Origin: Rozella allomycis CSF55
Lineage: Eukaryota
Length of the DNA stretch: 20,000 bases
Direction: 5' to 3'
Assembly: GCA_000442015.1 (NCBI GenBank)
Contig: KE561022.1
Location: forward strand, 55,488-75,487
Under the pieces are notes generated by a model, which saw only the letters and a list, made by a program, of their open reading frames with translations, searched no databases and was not told the DNA's origin. Shown here piece after piece: positions 10,984 through 20,000 of this stretch; position 1 is the first letter of the stretch; each line of letters starts with the position of its first letter. The position numbers were made by a program, and so were the translations under genes.

Positions 10984-13144
10984 TTAAAAGATTGATTTTA
11001 TTGAAGTAGATTTTGTTGGGGTTGTTTTTGGAGTCTTAATGAATAGATAGAAATTTTGTTACTGGGGGAAAATGCTCATTTGAAGGTTGTGAAAAGTAGT
11101 TTGAATTGACCCAAGGATTCCATTCATCATTATCTAACACTCTAAAGCCTAAAAGAGATTTTTGTGTTGTGAATGTAAGCATCTCCTCTACTAGTTGAAT
11201 GCTACTCTAATTGAATGAAAGGGTTCTACCTAACAAAGCTATCTAATGGGATTGTTTCTTTTCTTGCGCACAATTTAGCATGACTCTTAACAATCTTTAT
11301 TAATGTCTCTATATAGTTAAAGATTGCATTACTTTTAATAATCCTTCTGGTTTCAGTTTCCATGATTCTGAATCAAAGTTTCTTCTTTCTAGATAATACG
11401 ATTGAATTAGAGATTCACATTCCTTGGAAATGCTTTTATTAAGGAAAAAATTTAATTACTTTATTTCAACATTTCTCATTGCATGAATTCCAGCAAGTTG
11501 GGGATTTAAAGTTCCTACTTCAAAGATAAATTCATCAATCAAATCAAGGTCGCTAAAATTTACATTCAAGATTAGATCGAAAGATTTAATTAAATTCAGC
11601 GATATCTTTTTAATAGATTCAAACATTTTTTTACATTTTGATATTCTTGAAACGAAGCGGTAGACCAAACGCAGCATTTTTTGCCATTTTCAAGAACTTT
11701 AAAATTTATTAAATTTATTTACTCTCAATTAGTTTATTTTGCATTGTTTTTTTCAAACAAGAAAGATTATTTATCGTAATGGAACCACCGCAGGCTAAAT
11801 CGATTAAACCAGCTAATTTTATTAATAAAATATGAATTACAAGATTTTAAAATGTATGATCCATCCTCGGGAGGTATAAATTCTTTTTCATTCAAACCAA
11901 TTCTTATCTTTTCATATTCTGGAAATAGACCAGGGTTAGCAATGTTTGAGGAAACCACGTGAAATTTATTTGAAATAAAGTTAAATAATCTGGTAACAAT
12001 ATTGCAATCATTTGTAACAATCAATAAACTTAGCGGATCTCCTTTTCCATCTGATTTAACAGAAATCATTCTAAAAAACAATTTTATGGTTATTGTACGA
12101 AAGAAGAAGAGCCAATTTACTTCTAGGCATAAAGGACTCATCAATAAAAGGCAAAAGATTAGAAAAGTTTAAATTTATCATACATGGTCTTTCCATTTCA
12201 TTCACTGGGGAAATTCCAGTCACTTTAATATGTCTGCCATTATCGTAAAATTGGCCCATTGGATACCATCCCTTGTCTCTTCAACTAATTTTATATTTTT
12301 TACTGTAATTTCTTTCATAGGGAATATGAAAATCATTCCAACCACTTAAATCAACTTGCAAGCCCAACATTGGCTCATCTTCAGCCATTTCATCTCTTCA
12401 TACTTTTATTGCTATTTTACCTTCAAGAACACACATTTTAGATTCATTTTCCTTTATAACAATTTCAATCATTCTTGTAACTTTGTAGATTCTATGCGAA
12501 ATCGATTCAGTCAAATTCATACGACATGTTTTACACTTAAAATCCTTCTTTTCAATACTCAGCAAGTCTTCATAAATTGTCAATGATTCGGATTTGTAAT
12601 TAGGACAGTCAATGTTCATACAGAAATACACACTTTTACATCTGAAATATTTCTGCTTAGTATCAATTACATTCTTCGTATCAAGGGAAACACTTTCATT
12701 ATTCTCCCTCTAATCCAACATAGCCCTTCAGGCAGATCAAAATAATAATCGCCAAATGGTAGCTGCGGTGGAAATCTTATATATACCTTCACTTGATCAG
12801 ATTTAATACTTCCAAATGGGCTATTTTTATCTCCTTTAATCAATTCCTTCATAATTTTAAAAGATGCGGCCTCAATCAGCTCATGTGCTTCTGGCAAAGT
12901 ATTTTCATTTAAGAGTAACTCCCCCAACTCGCCTCATGTATTCACATTACAAATTCTTACAATCAAAATCTAACCATCTTGATAAATCTAATTCCAAGAT
13001 AATATGAAATACAAAAGGAGTATCAATTAACTGTCTGTCTTCCGAGAACACATATTTGGCTGTCATGTTGTATGCTTCAATAAAATCTGTGGTGTGATAT
13101 TGTCTTAAAACTATTTTATAGGAAATTGAAGTCCTTACATTCAA
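10984..13144 (-). CDS. MCMDC2: MCM domain-containing protein 2-like (MCM paralogue lacking canonical Walker motifs); 5' end uncertain
   Basis: Twelve introns (12933-12960, 12642-12670, 12394-12420, 12277-12303, 12071-12098, 11813-11840, 11697-11722, 11606-11634, 11433-11459, 11307-11332, 11202-11229, 11035-11062) give one open frame. Segments ELGELLL, QVKVYIRFPPQLPFGDYYFDL, Zn finger YFCMNIDCP...DFKCKTC, KLALLLSMI, LSLLIVTNDCNIVTRLF, GLIDLACGG and TLIKIVKSHAKLCAR follow MCMDC2 order. Confidence 0.75.
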
Positions 13145-13822
13145 CCAATCGACGCATTAAATACCCTGGTCTACATTTTTGTAATTCAAGCTTCCTAGAT
13201 ATCTACAATAGCATTTTATCTATTAGTGGCTTTGAAGGTGTCTGTTGAATCCTTATTAATTTATCTTCTGGCTAGGACTTCCATGCGTTGTCATCTGATT
13301 GCATTGAACATCCCTACTTTGATTGTAAGTCCCGATAATTAATAAAAACGAAATATAAAAATTAAACCTATCATCAAGATTGGCGTTTAATTTCCGAATA
13401 ATACATGTCCGCAACACTAGGATCGGACTTTCGATCCTTGATGAGAAGAGTACCANAGATGTGTGATATTGTCTTAAAACTATTCTATATGAAATTGAAG
13501 TTCTTACATTCAACCAATCGACGCATTAAATACCCTGGTCTACATTTTTGTAATTCAAGCTTCCTAGATATCTACAATAGCATTTCAACTATTAGTGGCT
13601 TTGAAGGTGTCTGTTGAATCCTTATTAATTTATCTTCTGGCTAGGACTTCCATGCGTTGTCATCTGAGTGCATTGAATCCCTCCTTTCATTGTAAATCCC
13701 GATAATTAATAAAAACGAAATATAAAAATTAAACCTATCATCAAGATTGGCGTTTAATTTCCGAATAATACATGTCCGCAACACTAGGATCGGACTTTCG
13801 ATCCTTGATGAGAAGAGTACCA
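13092..13822. repeat. Apparent ~360-bp tandem duplication (13092-13455 / 13461-13822) around n13456; probably two haplotypes joined by the assembler
   Basis: By hand comparison the copies differ by about 9 substitutions and one 2-nt indel; the junction is a single 'n'. Confidence 0.85.
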
Positions 13823-14582
13823 TTACCAAGTAAAACACAAAAAATATACTTTCAAAGTCGCCGTAGTTACAACCCAATTCGAAGGCAGCCTTCGGGCAAT
13901 CACAGTGAATTCTTGGAATTCAGTCGCCCTAGCACCAATACCAGTTGTTTCTTTCTGTGTCAAAATCCCATCTAGATTCTACTCCATGCTGGCAAAGTCT
14001 AAAAGCTACAGCATTCACGTACTGTCGGAACAAAACATTGCTTATTCGAAACTATTTGCAACTGGTAGTGTTAGGGAAGATACAGACGAGAGGTTCTCGA
14101 ATATAAATTATGTGCTGCATCCAATTACGAAACTTCCGGTACTGGAGAATGTGATGGCCTCTTTGCAATGCAAAACAATCAAGGAAGTTAATATAGAGGA
14201 TCACATGGTCATCTTTGGAGAAGTTAATGATATGGAAATACCAGAAACGTCCAATAATTTGCCCTTATTATATTATGGATCGAATTACACCACAGTCTCT
14301 CCAAAATTATCAGAAACTAAGAATGTGGAGAGCGAAGTTCCATTTGTAATTAGCCAATGCATAAGCTACGTCCATTCAAATAGATTAAAATTGGAGTCAG
14401 TTAATGAATTTTTGGATAACAATTCGCACTGCTTGCAGGCCAATCATAAGAAAATTTTCCTTCAAATTCTGAAACCACCAAACGCCAATGAAACGGCACA
14501 GGATTACAAGGTAATTAAGACACACACTTAAACATAGGCACGAATGTTTTCGGACTTTATAAAAAATATTAAAAATAAATAA
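13772..14582 (+). CDS. Flavin reductase-like FMN-binding split-barrel protein with a C-terminal extension
   Basis: Introns 13830-13857 and 14511-14537. DFRSLMRRVPLPIAVVTT...RAITVNSWNSVALAPIPVVSF...YSIHVL...EDHMVIFGEV...PLLYY. Confidence 0.88.
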
Positions 14583-14594
14583 AGGGAGCTTCGA

Positions 14595-14599
14595 CCCTG
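14595..14599 (+). promoter_or_regulatory. CCCTG start-proximal motif (representative instance, 9 nt before the GYF ATG)
   Basis: The same motif occurs at a similar distance before the NTH1, VPH1, eIF1A, CRN-like and RPL22 starts, with a CCTTG variant before NEDD8. Confidence 0.6.
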
Positions 14600-14608
14600 G
14601 TTAATTTT

Positions 14609-16373
14609 ATGAAATTCTCACCTGCCGAACTTTTAGAGTTATTTACTTTAGAGAGCCGATTTCCGGACGACTTTACCATTTTCAACGAAGTTTTTAGTGT
14701 GGATGCTTTGGAGCCTGCACTTTTGACACCACTAACAAGCGAGGAAAAGGAAATTTACGCGTCTGGAATTAACAGCAGCAGTGTACTGAAAAAGAATGAC
14801 AAGANAGTGTACTCAAAAAGAATGACAAGAAAGGGAAAGGTCGTCCAAAAGAAAAGACCCAGCCTATCAAACAAGAGAAAGGTAAAAGGTACTTTGATTG
14901 TGGATGGTAGAAGAGTTATGGGATCAACCCATACAAAGCAATTTAGGGTCTTTTGATGAAAACGGAGTGTTTAGAGAGGAAAAGCCGGCTATTGCGTCCA
15001 CAATGCCGGTGCAAATCTTGCCAGGCTTTAATGCCCGACCAGCGGATCTAAATCTTTTGATCACTAGAATTTTTCAAGAATTCCCTATTTCTACGCATCC
15101 TGAATACATATTGAATGAATTTTTCGCCCGATATCAAAAACTGGCTATTCCTGAATGGTTGTACTTGGACCCTCTTGGTAATGTTCAAGGGCCGTTTACA
15201 GGAACTGAAATGATGGAATGGTGCGAGGCAGGATATTTTGCTGGAGATTTAAAAATTAAGAGAACCTTTGATCCTGGTTTTGAAACACTTGCAATGTGCG
15301 CTGAAAGGTATGGGAATACTGCACCGTTTGTTTTGCCACCATTAGAAGATATTCTTAGAGTTCAACAAATTGCGTCGCAGCGTTACATAGCTGCTTTTCA
15401 GCCACCAGAGCCAACCAGGGTCGCTCCGCCAGGATTTTCATTTCCTAATGTCGCTATGGGTNGGGTTGCTCCGCCAGGATTTTCATATCCTAATGTCGCT
15501 ATGGGTGGTATGCAGATGCCAGTTCATTCTCAACAAAAGCCGGCGGCCTTTCAAACAGCATTGCCTGGTGTAAACGAATTAATGAAAAATGCTACCTTTG
15601 AAGAAAAGCATCGCGATGAATCTGTGCTATCTCCGCTTGATCACCTAGTTTTGAAAAGTCAATGGAGTGAATCAAGTCCAGTAGAGAGTCGAGTTTTGAG
15701 TCCAACTGAAAAACAAAAGGAAACACATTCACCAAAATCTTCTAGTCCTGTTATAAGCAAATCCAAAAAGACACCTGAAGAGCCATTAAAATCTCCAAAG
15801 CAGTCTTTAAAAGAACCAAACGTTGATGCCAAATTGAATAATCCTACTAAGCAATGGAAACCAATATCATCTGAAAGAGTTAGCCTCACCAAGATCCAAA
15901 AGGAAGAATTAGAAAAACCAAAGAATACTAAGCCTAAAATTGTTGAGCCTGTTGTTGAAGTAAGTAAAACTGTTTCTGAAGTGAAATCTATTGTTAGCCC
16001 AGTTTCTCCTTCAAATAATCAGCCAGGGAAAGTTGCTTGGGGAGGAAAGAAAGTAGCGCCCGTGAAAAGTCTTACAGAAATTCAAAAAGAAGAAGAAGAA
16101 AAGAAGAAAAAGTTAGCTGAAGAGCTTCAATCCTTAGGTCTATCAATCAAGAAACCAAATTCATGGAGTGCGATAGCAAAGAGTAACAGTTCCACACCAT
16201 TGAACTCTCCACCTTCAAACAAGAAATTTTCTCCTGCAACTTCAACGCTTCCTATTCAAAGTCCTCCGATTAAGCATTCGCTCAGTGCATCAGAGTCGTC
16301 AATTTGGAATGATGAACAAGAAGGCCAATTTCAAAAGGTTGTCAAGAAAGGATCAAAAAAACTTACAAAATAA
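14609..16373 (+). CDS. GYF-domain protein (SMY2/GIGYF-like)
   Basis: GYF domain WLYLDPLGNVQGPFTGTEMMEWCEAGYF, N-terminal fungal-type motif (ELLELF...PLTSEEKEIYASGINS) and SLTKIQKEE/SLTEIQKEE motifs. The frame is restored by collapsing the overlap duplication at n14805 and splicing intron 14882-14910. Confidence 0.88.
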
Positions 16374-16426
16374 ATAAAATTCTTTTATAAAAATTATTAA
16401 TTGGATTTAAATGAAATGAAATTTAT

Positions 16427-16827
16427 TTATTCCTCATCAGCTTCAACGTTAAAGTATTTGATCAAGTAAGTGTTCTTGTCGGTAGCAATGAGTCTCATCC
16501 AGTCTCTCAATTGGTGCTTCTTCAAGAATTTCTTTGTCAAGTACTTCAAGTATCTCTTTGAGAAGGCAATGTTTGAAGAAACACTCATTTTGTTTCCTTC
16601 CTTTGTAACAGCAACAGAGGTTCCCAAGTTTCCAACACGTCCATCAACCTTGATACGTTCTTTCAAGAATTTTTCCTACTAACCATAAAAATAAGTTTTT
16701 ACATAAGAGGCGATATCAAAAACACCATCCTTGACTGGAGCGCTACAATCCACGGTGAACTTGAGAGTAGTTTTGGTGTTCTTTTTCTACCATGATTGCA
16801 AACGTCCTATCTTACAGTTGGTGCCAT
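16427..16827 (-). CDS. RPL22: 60S ribosomal protein L22 (eL22)
   Basis: [44 protein letters not shown]...FSKRYLKYLTKKFLKKHQLRDW; introns 16787-16815 and 16676-16702. Confidence 0.97.
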
Positions 16828-17655
16828 TTTATTCGACAGGGGTTTGACAAAAAAATTTAAGCTGCAAATTCCGAAATTTACGGAAATAGAGACTTCCGAA
16901 AGACATACACGATAAGACGGCTAAATTCTGGGATATGGCAGAAATAAACATACCCCCACCTACAACGAAGCCAGATTCTCCAACAGAGACAATCTTTCGA
17001 AGCGTTAAAATAGTTACTAATTTGCCCTGGCTTGGCTTCCAATATTGACATGATTTGCTTGAATAATATGTGATACTGTCGATCAATTTTTGAAAATACC
17101 GTGGTTAAATTTTTTTCATATTTTGTTGAAAACGGCCTAAACCTCTTTCTCATCAAGAGGGCTGTGATGATACAATTCGATCCAGATGAAAAATGGTATC
17201 AGCTAACGTTCGCCTAACATAATAGCGTGGGATATGGCAGAAAAAGACAATAGTTATAACAACGAGATCGCCGATGAAATCAAAAAGGCGAAAGGAAAGC
17301 CTAATCGTACCAGTGGATCGTAATGACTCACAGTTAATTTCAATATAATGACTCTAAACCTTAATAAAGTATTTAAGACAATACTTTATTTTAATTTATT
17401 TGTTATATGCGATGATGATGTGTAATCCAACATGACTCTTCTTAACTTCTGCCGTATATATCAGCAACAAGGACCTAAAAATGGAAGCAACAAATTGATG
17501 GATTAAGGTGGTGTCTACCGAACTCTCGAAATCCTTTTGGAAATATTTAAAAATGCGTTTCAAAATCAGAATTGAACTAATCATTGAAATATATTTGATT
17601 AAAGTACACAGACAAAGCTATCAATAATATTCGAAATTTCGAAAAAAGATTTCTA

Positions 17656-18056
17656 ATGAACGCACCTGAACGGCACGAGTTATTTGTCCTACCTGAAGGA
17701 GAATCAAAGTAATTATTAAGTTTTGTATAGAAAGAGTATCGATGCAGCTAAATTCTAAAATACTTAATGCTGCTACTTTTACGATTAGACTTGAAGATCA
17801 TACATTAGGAAACCTGATACGTAGGTAAAAAATGAGATATTACTTGTACAGTGAGCTCTTAAAAGATCCAGACGTATTGTTTGCTGGTTACAGAGTGCCC
17901 CATCCACTTGTGCATAATGTTGAATTGAAACTACAAGTTACGAATAAGACAACTCCAGTGGATGCTATGAAAAAAGTCATTCGAAAAGCTATTGGAGATG
18001 TTGTTGACCTGGAAGACCAACTAAAGAAGGAAATGAACAAACAGAGGAGTTACTAA
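17656..18056 (+). CDS. RPB11: RNA polymerase II subunit RPB11
   Basis: MNAPERHELFVL...[39 protein letters not shown]; introns 17709-17734 and 17825-17851. Confidence 0.97.
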
Positions 18057-18108
18057 AGTCTATTTATTTAATTGGCGTACTTGAATTGCTAATTGCAATA
18101 AATAATAA

Positions 18109-18236
18109 ATATGTCTAACTTAAATCTTCTTCACATCAATAAAATCCGGAATAGGAGACTGAACTAAAATTTCTTTTAATTGATTGGGTGATTTCCCCAT
18201 AGTTGAAGTGAGCCAATTGGCGAATCCAATCAATCA
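18109..18236 (-). ncRNA. Candidate box H/ACA snoRNA
   Basis: Hairpin closed by a perfect 9-bp stem (AUUGAUUGG/CCAAUCAAU), an ANANNA-compatible hinge (AAAAGA), a weaker G-U-rich second hairpin, and ACA followed by 3 nt and a U-rich tract; about 128 nt, intergenic. Confidence 0.35.
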
Positions 18237-18268
18237 AATTAAGTATTTATTTATGACTTGCGATGACA

Positions 18269-18584
18269 TCAGCATCCTCCCCTGAGAGCTAAAACTAAAT
18301 GTAAAACCGAACCACCTTCAACATTGTATTCCTGTGCGGTTTTATCATCGTTCCTATCAAAGAGTTATATATTTAATACATTTGTTTTCCTCCAAATATT
18401 AAGCGCTGCTGTTGTGGTGGAATTCCCTCTTTTTCCTCTATTCTCTCTTTTATCCTTGTGATCTTTTGACGTTTCGACAAAAATTTCTACCTTGTCCGTT
18501 TGCTCAATATCTATTTCTATTTCTTTGCCAGTGAGGGTCTGTTTGAAGGAAGCTAATAAAGTTTACCTTGACTTTTATCAACAT
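18269..18584 (-). CDS. NEDD8: Ubiquitin-like protein NEDD8/Rub1
   Basis: Introns 18539-18566, 18463-18490 and 18354-18379 give [77 protein letters not shown]. Not in the ORF track. Confidence 0.97.
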
Positions 18585-18619
18585 TGTGGCTGAAGCACAA
18601 GGTTTTGGAGGTAGTCCCA

Positions 18620-18791
18620 NNNNNNNNNNNNNNNNNNNNNNNNNNNNNNNNNNNNNNNNNNNNNNNNNNNNNNNNNNNNNNNNNNNNNNNNNNNNNNNNN
18701 NNNNNNNNNNNNNNNNNNNNNNNNNNNNNNNNNNNNNNNNNNNNNNNNNNNNNNNNNNNNNNNNNNNNNNNNNNNNNNNNNNNNNNNNNNN
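18620..18791. other. Assembly gap (run of N)
   Basis: 172 consecutive n. Confidence 0.99.
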
Positions 18792-18793
18792 CT

Positions 18794-19765
18794 AATTGCG
18801 AAAACGGAAAATCTATTGTAACTTATCCTGACAAAACAACTGAATGTGTTCCGAACGATCAAAAAATTCCAAACTGTGCAGTCCAGTTGAGATCCAAGCG
18901 TCAATGCGAGATATGCACTATTGATTCAAACCTTGTTAATGGAGAATGCATAAGCAAACTGAAAGGATGTTTGAAGATGAAAAATCCAGGCATTAGTTTC
19001 GAATGTTTGGAGTGCGACGAAAAAGAAACGGCAAAAGCTACCGATAATACTTGTGTTCCAAAAATTGAAGGCTGTCGTAAACATAAATCTGATGGTACTT
19101 GCGAAGATTGTGGTGACATGTATCTATCTATTGACAAAAGAAAGTGTTTCAAAAGACCTGAGAACTGCAAAGATAGTGATGTCTAAGAAAAAGGCGATTA
19201 CGTAACTTGCAAAGGCTGTGATAAAGATTTTGTGCTTCAATGGAGTATTGACTTTGAGTATAAAGGTAGTAATATAAGACTTAAAAATGGCTGTCAAAAA
19301 TATTGTGATCTGAATAATGCAGTTACGACAGGTTCACATAAATGCGGTCAAATTCCAGAACCCCTAATGCCGGATCTAAATGAATGTGCCAAAGGAGATA
19401 AACTGATTGCTTTTGACAAAGATGACAAGAAAGTGAGATGCATTGATAAAATAAGTATTAGCTCTTACAATGTAATGCTCATGAAGGGTTTGGATATGTC
19501 TGCCTCTGACATGGTCTGTTTTCAAACTCAAGATGGAAAGGAAGTATCTTGCAAAGACGACATATATAATAATAATAGTCGCGACTTTTTCAAAAAGTAT
19601 GAAATCGCAAGGTGTCCAAACGGGCAACCCCACAAAGCGCTTATTGTAAAAAATGTTGCGGAAAAAAAGTATGTTGCATGGGATGGTTCATTGATTGAGA
19701 ACGATAACCGAGCTGGCGCGTTTATACTGTATATTGCAAGAACGCCGAAAAATCCACCTAAATAA
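18794..19765 (+). CDS. Cysteine-rich (CxxC repeat, furin/VSP-like) protein, N-terminus in gap, with an in-frame TAA at 19184-19186 (possible pseudogene)
   Basis: Repeats such as IPNCAVQ...CEIC, LKGCLK...CLEC, IEGCRK...CEDC and PENCKD...CKGC. The two ORF-track pieces are in the same frame, separated by one TAA. Confidence 0.7.
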
Positions 19766-19814
19766 ACAAATACTGTACTTTAACATAGCTCATAATCATA
19801 TTTTATTTAATTGT

Positions 19815-20000
19815 TTATGCCAGTCTTCTCAGAATCATTGAAGCATTCCTTTTTGCTAATGTGAAACTTAGCTTCAATCTGAGCCTGTGGTATACTACAT
19901 TAGTTTCGATATTTTGCACATTAGACACTGCATCAGTTGATTCCATACAGAAAGGGAAAAATATCAAACCTTGGCCTTACACTTGTCCAAATATTTCTTA
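19815..20000 (-). mobile_element. Second degenerate copy of the RLE non-LTR retroelement 3' region; continues beyond the window
   Basis: Reverse complement reads KKYLDKCKAK(fs)LIFFPFCMEST[45-nt deletion]DAVSNVQNIETNVVYHRLRLKLSFTLAKRNASMILRRLA*, highly similar to 8180-8420. Confidence 0.72.

Noticed and set aside
15418..15508. Internal repeat VAPPGFSxPNVAMG x2 in the GYF protein
   Set aside because: Copies flank a single 'n'; most likely a contig-overlap artefact.
17164..17280. C-box-like GTGATGA as a C/D snoRNA
   Set aside because: No CTGA D box or terminal stem at a suitable distance.
17396..17584. 62-aa minus-strand ORF
   Set aside because: No recognisable motif and no convincing splice reconstruction; cannot be supported.
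17630..17643. 14-bp palindrome TTCGAAATTTCGAA upstream of RPB11 as a heat-shock element
   Set aside because: The spacing gives only two properly phased nGAAn units; single instance.
447..19765. Stop-codon reassignment, suggested by near-universal TAA stops, the in-frame TAA at 19184 and two TAGs upstream of MCMDC2
   Set aside because: TAA terminates well-conserved genes at the expected positions, NEDD8 ends in TGA, and long spliced genes (VPH1, CRN-like, MCMDC2 body) have no internal TAG/TAA/TGA once introns are removed.
1..20000. CRISPR array, prokaryotic operon or defence island
   Set aside because: The sequence is eukaryotic with spliceosomal introns; no regularly spaced repeat-spacer structure was seen.

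Overview
A very compact, AT-rich eukaryotic region with about 15 protein genes in 20 kb. The genes are interrupted by roughly 40 tiny GT-AG introns, all 26-32 nt by hand reconstruction, so the ORF track fragments most genes and misses NEDD8, eIF1A and oligopeptidase B entirely. The architecture suggests an early-diverging fungal-lineage endoparasite (Rozella/Cryptomycota-like; inference). Content in order: oligopeptidase B 3' end, NTH1, tRNA-Glu(CTC) plus a gap-truncated copy, an LRR protein, V-ATPase subunit a, a NOP13-like RRM protein, DnaJ, eIF1A, a non-LTR retroelement endonuclease relic, a Crinkler-type NTPase+REase-like protein, an MCMDC2-like gene, a flavin reductase, a GYF protein, RPL22, RPB11, NEDD8, a Cys-rich protein with an in-frame TAA, and a second retroelement relic. 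The most notable signals are a CCCTG motif 6-13 nt upstream of many start codons, an apparent ~26-nt minimum-length rule for 3' splice-site choice, a G/C skew flip inside the V-ATPase gene, a Crinkler-like protein with a non-canonical N-terminus and a degenerate nuclease site, and a candidate H/ACA snoRNA. Several apparent duplications at single 'n' positions are probably haplotype-overlap assembly artefacts. All alignments are from memory of family motifs; no searches were run.
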